Positions 1 to 10,530 of a stretch of 64,000 nucleotides of DNA are shown in pieces (positions within the stretch are counted from its first letter, which is position 1; each line of letters begins with the position of its first letter). The notes under the pieces were generated by a model. That model saw only the letters and a program-made list of their open reading frames with translations. It was not told where the DNA came from and searched no databases. The stretch is taken from NCBI RefSeq assembly GCF_035594765.1, contig NC_085841.1, positions 258,312,689 to 258,376,688 of the forward strand, read 5' to 3'. Both the position numbers and the translations under genes were made by a program. The DNA is from Anolis carolinensis (Eukaryota).

Positions 1-386
1 GCACTTTATCTGCTGCCCCAGCCCTTTTATTTGCAATCGCACTCACCTTTGTCCTGCTCACTCAAATCTGAACATGCTCATTTTATCCCCAGTCCCAGCC
101 CTACAGCTCAGGATTTCAAAACCATTGTCTCACCTCCTCAATTCTGAACATGCCCACTACTTTCGGCTACTGGTTGTCTGTTGTTTGATTGATTTTTTAA
201 TGATGTTTTAAATCTACTGGTTTTTATCATGTTTACTATATTTTATTGTTTATGTTTTAACTAAGTCTCTTTGTACCTTGTTTATACTGGGCTTGGTCCC
301 CATGTAAGCCGCCCCGAGTCCCTTGGGGGAGATGGTGGGGGGGGGGGATATAAGAATAAAATTGTTGTTGTTGTTGTTGTTATTAT
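1..386 (+). mobile_element. L2-type LINE 3' UTR and tail, cut by window start
   Basis: Ends GTAAGCCGCCCCGAGTCCCTTGGGGGAGATGG...TATAAGAATAAA then (TTG/TTA)n; the same terminus recurs at about 31770-31860. Confidence 0.7.
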
Positions 387-1152
387 TTTATTGTATGACA
401 CAGCAAACAAGATAGATATGCTGGATTTCGTTTCACAAAATCACAAGTCGAACACTTCCCAAGTGTCTAGGACTGTGTGATGTATTTTTGGATGATGCGC
501 GCAGATCCCAGTAGGGTGGCCTTTTGCAGTTGACAGACCATAATTTTGTCAATGCCTATTGTTTCCAAATACCGGCTGAGATCTTTTGGCATGGCACCCA
601 ATGTGCCCATCACCACCGGGACCACCTGCACTGGTTTCTGCCAGAGTCTTTGAAGTTCAATCTTGAGGTCCTGATAGCGGCAGAGTTTTTCCTGTTGTTT
701 TTCGTCAATGTGACTGTCACCTGGGATGGCAACATCAATGATCCAAACCTTTTTCTTTTCCACAACTGTGATGTCTGGTGTGTTGTGTTCCAGAACTTTG
801 TCAGTCTGGATTCGGAAGTCCCACAGTATCTTTGCGTGCTCATTTTCCAATACTTTTGCAGGTTTGTGATCCCACCAGTTCTTTACTGCTGGGAGGTGGT
901 ACTTGAGGCATAAGTTCCAATGAATCATTTGGGCCACATAGTTGTGCCTCTGTTTGTAGTCTGTTTGTGTAATTTTCTTACAGCAGCTGAGGATATAATG
1001 AATGGTTTCGTTGGTTTCCTTGCAGAGTCTGCAATTTGGGTCATCAGCTGATTTTTCGATCTTGGCCTTAATTGCATTTGTCCTGATGGCTTGCTCCTGG
1101 GCTGCAAGGATCAGGCCTTCTGTCTCCTTCTTCAGGGTCCCATTCGTGAGCC
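387..1152 (-). mobile_element. 5'-truncated R4/Dong-clade non-LTR retrotransposon (restriction-like endonuclease type)
   Basis: Open minus frame to stop at 467, short 3' UTR with AATAAA (387-392) running into TAA/CAA repeats; Dong/R4 elements are known to target (TAA)n. Confidence 0.85.

Positions 1153-1153
<1 letters not shown>
467..1153 (-). pseudogene. C-terminal ORF fragment of R4/Dong element: CCHC zinc knuckle plus PD-(D/E)xK-type endonuclease
   Basis: My translation extends the listed 467-937 ORF upstream without a stop: WLTNGTLKKETEGLILAAQEQAIRTN...CRLCKETNETIHYILSCC...QRHNYVAQMIHW...LWDFRIQTD...HNTPDITVV...IIDVAIP...EKLCRYQDL. No ATG or RT domain (5' truncated). Confidence 0.85.

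Positions 1154-1227
<74 letters not shown>
1153..1227 (+). repeat. (AAT)25 microsatellite
   Basis: Directly visible; source of the poly-Asn ORF 1002-1241. Confidence 0.98.
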
Positions 1228-2209
1228 GATCTGTTTTCTGACTCTGTCTTGTTTAGATTATGGTAAGTTCCAATGTGTCTTCCTTGGACTGTAAACCTAC
1301 AAGGCTAAAACTCTATAGTATTTTACTTTTTAAATATTCTAATGCACATGCGTTCTGTTCAGTCATTAGTACCCAATTGAAACGCTGTTTTGTATCACAT
1401 GGTTTCATCTGCATACACCACATGCATGCAACTGCTGCTAGATAGACAGGTGTAGAGATGGAGATAGATAGATATGATTTTATCAATTTTTCTGCCATTT
1501 CAGTTACCATATTATGGTATGGTCTGATAAGGAGTCCATGGGAGTAAAACCATGAGTTACCACATTGGGTGACACCAACCCTAGGGAAGTCACTGCTCCT
1601 AGGGACCACACTCCAGTCATGAAAGGGTTAGAACAGTGTTACCAAAAATGCTTTCACTGGCAGTAACTAAGCCTTGGGAGAGGCGTAATTGCCATATGAA
1701 AGGGAAAGGGAAATCCAGCAGGGCTAGACTGTGATGCCATAGAGGCTATTTTTGGCCCTAGGATCCAAGGTTCCTTTCATCTGCAAGCGTTTGATGCAAA
1801 ACTGCAGATGACACAAAATGTGCACTGAGAAACAGCTTCTTACTCAAAATATTGTTCGAGCATTTCCTCGACAAACATATTCATATAATCTGACTTCTTG
1901 TCTACTGCTTTGTGAAGATTAGTTTTTCTTCAAAAATTATATTAATAACACTTTTACATTTGTCAACATCTACATCTACATATACATATTTTACACTTAG
2001 CAAAAGGAAGGTCTTCTGAATCAGTCTATACACTGGTATTGTTGCAAGGTAGTCTTGAAAAACATTATTCTCTATGGTCTTGATATATGGACACTAAACC
2101 CACTATGTGTAAGAACTTCACTCAGATCATTATGGTATAGATCAGTTCTCCTTTGTTTTGCATATAGACCAGCCATTTAAAGCATCTGCTGTGTTAAGAT
2201 GAACACTAA

Positions 2210-2587
2210 ATAGTAAAGACAGCTGACAGGAAGAGAATCAGAATATTTGAAATGTAGTTCTGGAGGAAACCCACTGATATTGAGACTGCAAAAAAGACAA
2301 ATATATGAGTTTGAGAACAAGTCATGCCTGAATCTTTCAAAAAGCCACAATTACTAAACTGAGGCTAATGTATTTTGCACATACCATGAGACAACATGAC
2401 TCATTAGAAAAGACAATAACTCTTGGTAAAGTTGAAGGAAGCAGGAAAAGGACAAGACCACATTACAGGTAGAACGCCTCAATCAAGGAAGCCACAACTC
2501 TGAATTTGCATGAACTGAGATCTCTTGGGAGTCTCTTATTCACAGGGTTATCATAAATCAAAGCTGATTTAGTGGCAAATAACAACA
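2210..2587 (+). mobile_element. Old RTE-clade (BovB-like) LINE 3' fragment
   Basis: Degenerate match to the younger copy at 40085-40470 (GCTGACAGGAAGAGAATC...TGGAGGAAA...GGTAAAGTTGAAGGAAGCAGGAAAAG...) ending in a CAA tail. Confidence 0.7.
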
Positions 2588-3267
2588 GCTGGGCTGTTGT
2601 GGTAACAAATTAACTGCTCTCTTGGATGATGGGTGTTGTCTTAGGTTGTTCTGATAAAAGACTAAGTGTCTAAAAGTAACAGAAAAACACACATATGTGT
2701 AAAGAAGGGTGCCAGAAGAGACATACACTGAAAATCTTTCATCAGGAATTGAAGGTGTATGGTTGTAATTTATATTTACTTGGGTTTTTTTTTTTACAGA
2801 ATGTATACCATGATTCTTATTGTAAAGAGTTCTGGGCAGCTTATAATAAAATCAATTATAATAATTTAATATGCAAGACAGTTTTTTAAAAAATAAGAAT
2901 ACTTTATATACATTGCATAATTTAAAAGGTGATGTTAAATTGATATAAAATTATGTTTAGTGATATTTTTTTTAATGTTGAGTGTTGAATAAGAGCGACA
3001 GACCTGAAAAATACTACAGTATGACACCCAGAACAAAAGGAGCGATCCAGCATATTTTCCTGGTAGGAGTAACATGATGCCCAATTACATTTAATGGCAA
3101 AAATTGTTCAACTAATGAGAGAAAATGCATTTTTCCACCCAGTGTCATTAACCTGTGGGGGAAGTCCTGGCAATCAGAAAACTCTGATATTCACACTCTC
3201 CCACACACATAGTTATTAAAATATCATGTAGACTGTCAAAAACAATAGTCAAGAGAGAGAGAGAGGG

Positions 3268-3662
3268 AGGAGGAAAGGAGAGGGGTGAGAGGGTCAAATG
3301 GAAATTCTTCCTCTTTGTTGTTCTTTCTTTCCACCCACCTGCTAACCCTATATTGGGCCATCTATATGAATAATTGCAGTGGTTTGTAGTGTAAAAGGCC
3401 GGCATTACATTCAAATGAGCTAGCCAAGGTGCTGAACCTATTTGAGTGAATCAAGTTCAACACAGGGGATAGTTCCTTTAAAAACCCCTAGTCGAAGCAC
3501 CCTGGCATCTAGCTTCGTCTTGACTCTCTTACTCAATTACTAGTCTTTGTATCTTCTCCCAAGCTTTGTGTCCTTGAAGAGTCATCAGATGAGCTTCCTC
3601 ATTAGAAAGGAACCTGGGCCACAAATGCCATTTGGATCATTTTTGTATTTCCTTTTCTAATG
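3268..3662 (+). repeat. Left arm (probable source) of inverted duplication paired with 6221-6587
   Basis: Reverse complement matches 6221-6587 except three substitutions and a 28-nt indel; ORFs 3148-3414(-) and 6441-6695(+) share their first 49 residues. Confidence 0.97.
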
Positions 3663-4213
3663 AAAGCGCCCCATGAGCATGCATCCCCATGAAACAGCAT
3701 GATTTTTATTTCCTGAGCAATGGACTGCTGCTTGGAGTAAGAGTGTAAAGATCAGCGCTACAGGAGAGATAATGGTCTGCCTATTTTAAGGTAAACAGGG
3801 AATGTGTATGCGAGAGTGACAGGGGAGCTAAAAAAAATAAAGGGGGAAAAGGGGTGGATTAAGTTTAGGGTATTAATCCAATGGGCAGGGGGAGTTTTAC
3901 AAAGATCTCTTCCACTCTTTCCACTTTAAAAGTCTACACTCTCATGTGTGAATGCTATAGCAGAGTAGTTTTCAGTAAATAAAGAATTTTGAACTTCATA
4001 TGTACAAGGGTGTCCCTGCTATCCTTTTATTGGCAGGTAAAGACTTTTTCATTACAAAACACTTCCAGAACTAAAGGTTTTTATACATAGAGCTTCAGAG
4101 AGTGCAGTATTGTTTTTATTGAGCTGTTGTTGATTGCGTTTGAGAATCCTGGAGGAAATTTTGGGAGAAAAATTGAAGACAATGATGATGAGGATGATAG
4201 ATTATTATTACTC

Positions 4214-4413
4214 TGTGGTTTGAGTGTTGGACTATGATTTTGGATCAAGGTTTGAATCCCTGCTTGGCCATGGAAACCCACTGGGTGGACTTGGGCAAGT
4301 CATACTGTCTTAGTTTCCTCTGAGCAAATCTTGCCAAGAAAACCCTGTGATAATTTCACCTTTGGGTAGCCATGTTGGAAATTATTTGAAGGCACACAGC
4401 TACAACAACAACA
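4214..4413 (+). mobile_element. tRNA-headed CORE-like SINE with RTE-type tail
   Basis: B-box-like GGTTTGAATCCC, CORE-like CTGGGTGGACTTGGGCAAGTCA, tail TTGAAGGCACACAGCTACAACAAC. Confidence 0.75.
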
Positions 4414-4442
4414 CATATATACAGAGCTATACACTTAAACTA

Positions 4443-4644
4443 GTTGTTGTGCACCTTCAAATATTTTCTGACTTAGCTACCTAAAGGTGAAACTATTATG
4501 GGATTTTCTTGGTTAGACTTCTGAGAGTTTTGCCTTTGCCTTCCTCTGAGGCTGAGAGAGTGTGACTTGCCCAAGGCCAGCGAATTGGCTTCAGTGACCA
4601 AGCAGGAATTCAAACTTTGTCTCCAGAGTTGTGAACCAACACAC
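4443..4644 (-). mobile_element. Same SINE family, opposite strand, tail-to-tail with 4214-4413
   Basis: TTTGCCTTCCTCTGAGGCTGAGAGAGTGTGACTTGCCCAAGG is the reverse complement of the family body seen at 16500-16550. Confidence 0.75.
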
Positions 4645-5020
4645 AGATGCTTATTCCATATATACGTACACAGAAGTTCCCTAAGAGACATACAGTAAGG
4701 GATAAACAAGACCAACACCCAGCTGTACTCTTTAACACAACTGATATGATATATAGACAATAACAAAGCTAATCTAGTCTAGCATTCAATTTCCCACAGA
4801 TGGTCTCGAAACGTCTGTGGGAAAGCTGCAGGCAGGAGTTGAACAGCTCTCTGTTACTATTATTTCCCAGCAACTGGCATTTAGAGGCTTGTTTCCTCTG
4901 ATCTTGGAAACTTCAAATAGTCATCATGGCTATTAGCCACTGGCAGCCATTAGGAAGACCATGAGTTTATCTAATCTCTTTCCAAGGTTTGTGGCCATGC
5001 CCACACCTTGAGAAAACAAA

Positions 5021-5097
5021 CAGGGTGTTTGAAAAAGAACTCCCTAGTTTTAAGTATAAATACATTGAAACTAGGGAGTTCTTTTTCAAACACCATG
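5021..5097. mobile_element. 77-bp palindromic Tc1/mariner-type MITE
   Basis: 27-bp perfect inverted repeat 5024-5050 / 5068-5094 with CAGGGTG-type end and 17-nt spacer. Confidence 0.8.
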
Positions 5098-5164
5098 TTT
5101 TTCATTATCTAAGTGAAGGATAATCCTCAGTTCCTACATCATGAGAGAGGGAGTCTAGCACATA

Positions 5165-5394
5165 GTTATAAAAACTTTGATATCACTTTAACTGCCATGC
5201 ACCTGTTCTCCGGATCTTTGCGATTATATGTTTCATAAGGCAACTGGAATTCTCTGCTTCAGTTGCTGGAAATCCTAAGCACCAGAGGAGTTGCTGGAAA
5301 TCCTAAGCACCTCAGTGAACTACAGATTCCATACAGTGCATCCATGATTGTTAAAGAAGAATCAAAGTGCTATCATGCAGTGTGGATATGCCCC
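5165..5394. mobile_element. Old Harbinger-like MITE with an internal 23-nt direct repeat
   Basis: CACTTTAACTGCCATG...ATGATTGTTAAAG subterminal inversion, end GCAGTGTGGATATGCCCC; AGTTGCTGGAAATCCTAAGCACC at 5261-5283 and 5289-5311. Confidence 0.5.
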
Positions 5395-6220
5395 AAAAGA
5401 GAGGCACACAAATACCTGTTCTCCCTTTGCTTTTGCACATCATGTATATGCATATGATACATATTTTTACATCTCTCTATCATGTCCCTGCTTTTCTTCC
5501 CTGAACTGGAAAACCCAATAACTCCTCTTCATAGGGGATCTGCTCCAGCACTTTACCATTTTGGGTTGCGCCTGTCTGTCTCTTTTTCTGAGCTCTAAAA
5601 CATCATTTAAAAATCAAATGATTGCCCCACAACCACAACAGCTGTACTACTTTGGAAAAGACATCTGGATCCCACCAAACAAACTGAGCATTCATTGCAC
5701 AATAAAATAATCTCTTGGAAAGGCCCTTGGGTGGCCCTGCTGCAAGCTTTCTGGGATGAATCATCATTGCTCATTCAAGATCCTGAGCTTTCTAAAGCCT
5801 TCTATTATCTACCAGATTGTTCAGCCTTAAAAACATTTTTCATGCAGCAAATGAAAGCAACGCAAAACACAAGTGGGGGCTTATATTCATGCAATGGTTC
5901 ATGAGATTAAAACAATCACAATATTAACACAAAGCCTTTTTATGGTGAAAGACCGGTTAAATGGCAAGGGTAGGTAGGTGAGCTCATGATACTGAGAACC
6001 AGTAGAGGTATGTTTGAAGTTAAAATTAAAGAATAAGAAAACACAGAGCATTAGTCTGTGGATTGCTTTATACATTGTTTTCCTTATATAATGTGCTAGA
6101 AATGAACACAGTGTTACTTGTGAAGGGCAATGGGAGTGTTTATTTTGATTAGGAAGCACACGGCTTGAGAAAGCTGGCTTCAAACATGAATAACTTGTAA
6201 CTTTCATGCCAGTGGTTTGA

Positions 6221-6587
6221 CATTAGAAAAGGAAATACAAAAATGTTCCAAATGGCATTTGTGGCCCAGGTTCCTTTCTAATTAGGAAGCTCATCTGATG
6301 ACTCTTCAAGGACACAAAGCTTGGGAGAAGACACAAAGACTAGTAATTGCCAGGGTGCTTCGACTAGGGGTTTTTAAAGGAACTATCCCCTGTGTTGAAC
6401 TTGATTCACTCAAATAGGTTCAGCACCTTGGCTAGCTCATTTGAATGTAATGCCGGCCTTTTACACTACAAACCACTGCAATTATTCATATAGATGGCCC
6501 AATATAGGGTTAGCAGGTGGGTGGAAAGAAAGAACAACAAAGAGGAAGAATTTCCATTTGACCCTCTCACCCCTCTCCTTTCCTCCT
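6221..6587 (-). repeat. Right arm (probable derived copy) of inverted duplication of 3268-3662
   Basis: Base-by-base comparison; abuts a CR1 3' end with no spacer. Confidence 0.97.
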
Positions 6588-6707
6588 GGCTGGATGGCCA
6601 TCTGTCGGGGGTGCTTTGAATGCGATTTCCTGCTTCTTAGCAGGGGGTTGGACTGGATGGCCCATGTGGTCTCTTCCAACTCTACTATTCTATGATTCTA
6701 TGATTCT
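6588..6707 (+). mobile_element. Young CR1 LINE, terminal 120 nt
   Basis: Ends (ATTCTATG)n; about three differences from the copy at 26743-26862. Confidence 0.93.
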
Positions 6708-6759
6708 GGACTAAAATCTAGAGCAAATCTGTCTCCTTATTTCTATGGGAAACATCCAT

Positions 6760-6895
6760 CACTGTTCAGATGGAATATGGTCGTAAGAATTTGGTTTTCC
6801 TCTTGACACATCTCTCCCTTTCGCTCTCCATTCATGCTTCTTCAAATCCCACAGCACTGCTGGTCACAGCTGATCTCCAGTTTGATGCTCTAGTG
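6760..6895 (-). mobile_element. RTE-1-like LINE fragment
   Basis: Minus strand reads ACTGGAGATCAGCTGTGACCAGCAGTGCTGTGGGATTTGAAGAAGCATGAATGGAGAGCGAAAGGGAGA, recalled as the lizard RTE-1 ORF end. Confidence 0.55.
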
Positions 6896-8478
6896 TCTTG
6901 CAGAAAATGTTTGGTAACTTGACCCTGGCTGTAAGAGGCATTTACTTTTAATATATTGATTAGGGCTTTTGAATATTACCCTCTCAATTTAAATCTGTGA
7001 GAATTTAAATCTCTGAGAATTATCTGTACATGTCTGTGTGTGCATGTGCATATATTCATGACGTCTCCTTTCAGAAGCCTTCTTCAGCTCAGCAATATTC
7101 ATTTGTGACACTAGATAAATAGCACTCAATATGCATTAAAAATTAATCTGTATAATAATCGTGTATTAATAATTAACTTTGATATATTTCACTCCGAGCT
7201 GTCATGTCTCCTGAGTAGTCTTTTCCTTCAACTTTCTCCACACCTCCAGCTCCTTTATGAGCAAAAATGATGGTGGATGCAAAGGGTCATCAAAATGGAA
7301 ACATATTGATTCACATACCCAGGTCCTCACCCTCTGGAATGATTTCTAATACTCCAAATGCATAGATCTCACCATTAGTAGAGAGGAAGACACAAAGACT
7401 GATGTCAGAAGCAGCAGCACTATGTTGAGTCAAATGAAAGCATCTACGGTTCAATAAAACAAAGTTGCAGCCGATGGCCACAAAGAAGCACAACGGCATC
7501 ACACTTCATATTGTTTTACTACATATTACTGGGAAGAATGGAAAAGGAGAGGGAAGAGGTGGAACAAGACATAAAAATACCAAATGCTAATTTAGTCCAC
7601 AATCCTGTTTTCACAGTAGAAATTGGAAAGCCCAGATGTAGGACCGGAGGATAACAGCCCTCTCTTTATGTTCCTCTGTTGTGCACAGTGCTGTTACAGA
7701 TGGAAAATAGGCAATTGCATAACCACACAGAGTTTGCTACCTGCTAAATGTCTGGCTCTGGTGGGTCCTGAATGCCAGGAACTCTGAGCAAAGTGGCAGG
7801 GAAAATTGCCTGTACATGGAGGAGCAATGGGGGGTAGGGGACAATGAATGTACTGCTCCTGGTGAGCTGCTGCCTAAGGCAGCTACCTCCCTCCACTTAA
7901 TGGTAGAGTCAGGCCTGTTACTGATAATGAATTTTGTTCTTCCAGTAGTGAAGATGTAAGACATCTCATTATGACTGTAACATAACTCCTTTCACAGGGT
8001 AATTAACATGTTGGTTATTTTCAAGATTATGGAGTGTAGCCTTTCTAAATGGTGAAGGAGGAATGAAGGGGGAATGAGCTGTGTTTTGTGTTGATAACTT
8101 GGTTTTTTTTTAAGGGTGTTGAGGCAACAAGGAAGGGAGCAGAAGAAAAGAGTGTTTGCACTTTCTCTATTTCTCCAGGCCACCTTGCATGTTACTGCAA
8201 AGGGGTCTCAAATAAGTGGGAGTAGGCGGAGGGCACAGAAGTCTGAAGGGGAAAGGAGGATTAGCAAAAAAAACTCCTCATTCTCCACTTTCTGCTCATG
8301 GGAGTGTCCAACAGATCAAAGAGCTTTTTAGCTACAGAAAGAACAGAACTGGAAACAGGCTACTGTGGCAACAGTCTTTCTGGCATTATTTTTGTATTCA
8401 TAACCCTTGAGGTTTTTTATGGAAGGAAAAACAATTTATAGGATTCAGTAGAAACCAGTTGATGAAGACAGTCTAAAG

Positions 8479-8613
8479 CAGTGGTTCTCAACCTGGGGTG
8501 CCCAGATGTTTTTGACCCACAACTCCCAGAAATCCCAGCCAGTTTACCAGCTGTTGAGATTTCTGGGAGTTGAAGGCCAAAAACTTCTGGGAACCTTAGG
8601 TGGAGAATCACTG
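8479..8613. mobile_element. hAT (Charlie-like) ~135-bp MITE
   Basis: TIR CAGTGGTTCTC / GAGAATCACTG; 8-bp TSD GTCTAAAG / GCCTAAAG. Confidence 0.92.
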
Positions 8614-8811
8614 GCCTAAAGAATTTTTCACTTGATATTTCAGATTGTACTACAAAATTAGATATATTGGTCATTGGAAGCTAGGGCGACTTAACAATTC
8701 TCCATCATGTTTGATGTAGTATAGATTCTACATGGCATTTTATCTTTTTAAGTGCATACCTAAATTAATATTGCAATTATTTTAATTCTATTTTAAGTTT
8801 ACTTATGTTTC

Positions 8812-9172
8812 TAGCTGTGTTATTAGGGTTTGAGAGCTGGACTAGGACACAGGGAGACCAGGATTTGAATTCCCACTTGGCCATGGAAATCTTGTGCAAG
8901 TAGCATGCTATCAGCTTCAGAGGTAAACTCCCTCTTGCCAAGTTCACTTCCTGAGTCTATGAGTCTATGATATACTTGCCTTAGGGCAGTGGTTCTCCAC
9001 CTGGGGTGCCCAGATGTGTTTGGCCTACAACTCCCTGAAATCCCAGCCAGTTTACCAGCTGTTAGGATTTCTGGGAGTTGAAGGCCAAAATCATCTGCGG
9101 ACCCCAGGTTGAGAACCCTGCCTTAGGGTCACTGTAAGCCAGAATTGACTTGAATGTTCACAGTAACAACAA
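8812..9172 (+). mobile_element. CORE-like SINE with RTE tail, split by a hAT MITE
   Basis: Head GGATTTGAATTCCCACTTGGCCATGGAAA; tail resumes after the MITE as CCTTAGGGTCACTGTAAGCCAGAATTGACTTGAA...AACAAC. Confidence 0.7.
8987..9120. mobile_element. hAT MITE, same family
   Basis: Perfect 8-bp TSD CCTTAGGG at 8979-8986 and 9121-9128. Confidence 0.93.
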
Positions 9173-9357
9173 AACCAATATTTGGGGACACAGCTGGGAA
9201 ATACTACTACTGCTACTATCTATTTGATATACATATGTAGAATGCAAGGTTTGGCAAATTGATAACTGTAGCCTTGGTAGTTTTTTATGGAAACACAGGT
9301 TTGAAGGATAAACATAACTCCACTACTGTCAAGAGAAACCCCAGAATTAAGAGTGAG

Positions 9358-9546
9358 AGGGCTATTTATACTATATAATGATAGTGCTATGATCCCACTT
9401 TAACCATCATGCTGAATAGGACCCTGAGATTCGCAGCTAAAGAGGAGTCATTTAAATTTTTAAGTCAGAATTAGTTCCTCATCAAATTACAGTTATGGCA
9501 GTTAAGGTGCTATCAGAGGGCTACAAAAATGTAGTGTAAATGGGCC
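9358..9546. mobile_element. Old Harbinger-like MITE
   Basis: Ends GGGGCTATTTATACTA / TAGTGTAAATGGGCC; internal CACTTTAACCATCAT / ATGGCAGTTAAGGTG. Confidence 0.5.
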
Positions 9547-10259
9547 AACAGCCAATATGTTACTTTATAGTAACAATTTCTTTTTTAAAGTACATCATTT
9601 CCCAAAGTATCCACAATTTATTGGACATTGTGGGAAAGTTAGACCTGGAACAGGAAGATCTTTATTTTGAGCAGGCATGGATGCCTCCAAAGGGCTACTG
9701 TCTCTTGCTGGACACTTCTAGGGTAGACACCTCCAGCTGCATGTTTGCCTTGCCTGTTGTTCCCACCTGTCTCCTCAGGAAGCAAGAAATGCCATTTTCT
9801 TTCACACAGCAAATGGCAGGCTTCACCTTTGAAAGGGAGTAGAACAAGCAGCAATGCAGGGCGCTGCTGTGTAATTTAGCTGCCAAAAAGTCAGCAGGAA
9901 GAGGAAGCCCTTGCTTATTATGCTCTGTAGTGGCACGGGGGAGGGTGACAAAGGGGGAGTTATTTGCACTGCCTGGGGCCAAGCATAAGGCAGCATGAAA
10001 TGAGACGCTGCAGCTAGGAAGGCATAATACAGAAGACCCTGCTCTCCTCTGCGTCACTGAGAACAATTTTTATCCTCTTAAACAAGCACCTTTTCTCAAT
10101 ATCTTTGACCCAGTAGAGGGTTTTTCAAACAGCAATAAAAGAAAGATGAGGAAGCATTAATGGAACCTTACCTCTTTCACTAGAAAAATGGCTCCAACAG
10201 AGGACAGGGTTCCCTGTATCTTTAATGGAAAGGTAGAAAAGGGAATTGGGATACATTTA

Positions 10260-10530
10260 GGAGCCCCGGTGGTGTAGTGGGTTAAAGCCTTGTGACTTGA
10301 AGGTTGGGTTGCTGACCTGAAGGCTGCCAGGTTTGAACCCAACCCGGGGAGAGTGCGGATGAGCTCCCTCTATCAGCTCTAGCTCCATGCGGGGACATGA
10401 GAGAAGCTTCCCACAAGGATAGTAAAAACATCAAAACATCCAGGCGTCCCCTGGGCAACGTCCTTGCAGATGGCCAATTCCCTCATACCAGAAGTGACTT
10501 GCAGTTTCTCAAGTCGCTCCTGACACACAT
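10260..10530 (+). mobile_element. tRNA-derived SINE with Sauria-like head and Vingi-type tail (ACASINE2-like)
   Basis: A box GGTGGTGTAGTGG, B box GGTTTGAACCC, tail TTCTCAAGTCGCTCCTGACAC; related copies at 32537 and 41149. Confidence 0.85.

Larger units (their letters stand above)
4770..5615 (-). mobile_element. Very old CR1 3' region interrupted by two MITEs
   Basis: CR1-like 3' UTR text (TCCCAGCAACTGGCATTTAGAGGC...ATGGCTATTAGCCACTGGCAG) and ORF2-like TCATGTCCC...CTCTTCATAGGGG...CTGCTCCAG. Confidence 0.5.

Noticed and set aside
1002-1241. Poly-Asn ORF, and poly-Leu/Ile ORFs at 16068, 31716 and 47495
   Set aside because: Translations of trinucleotide microsatellites.
3508-3535. 28-nt indel between the inverted arms contains GTAAG...CTAG on the minus strand, like a spliced intron
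   Set aside because: GT-AG removal would delete 24 nt and leave GTAATTGAATGCC, but the copy reads GTAATTGCC; it is also too short for a spliceosomal intron.
5261-5311. 23-nt direct repeats resembling a CRISPR unit
   Set aside because: Two copies with a 5-nt spacer in eukaryotic DNA; a simple tandem duplication.
3148-6695. Two ORFs with identical 49-residue N-termini, suggesting paralogous genes
   Set aside because: By-product of the inverted duplication; TTG start, no domain, and the second runs into CR1.
10260-10345. tRNA gene
   Set aside because: A and B boxes belong to a SINE head that continues into SINE body; no cloverleaf.
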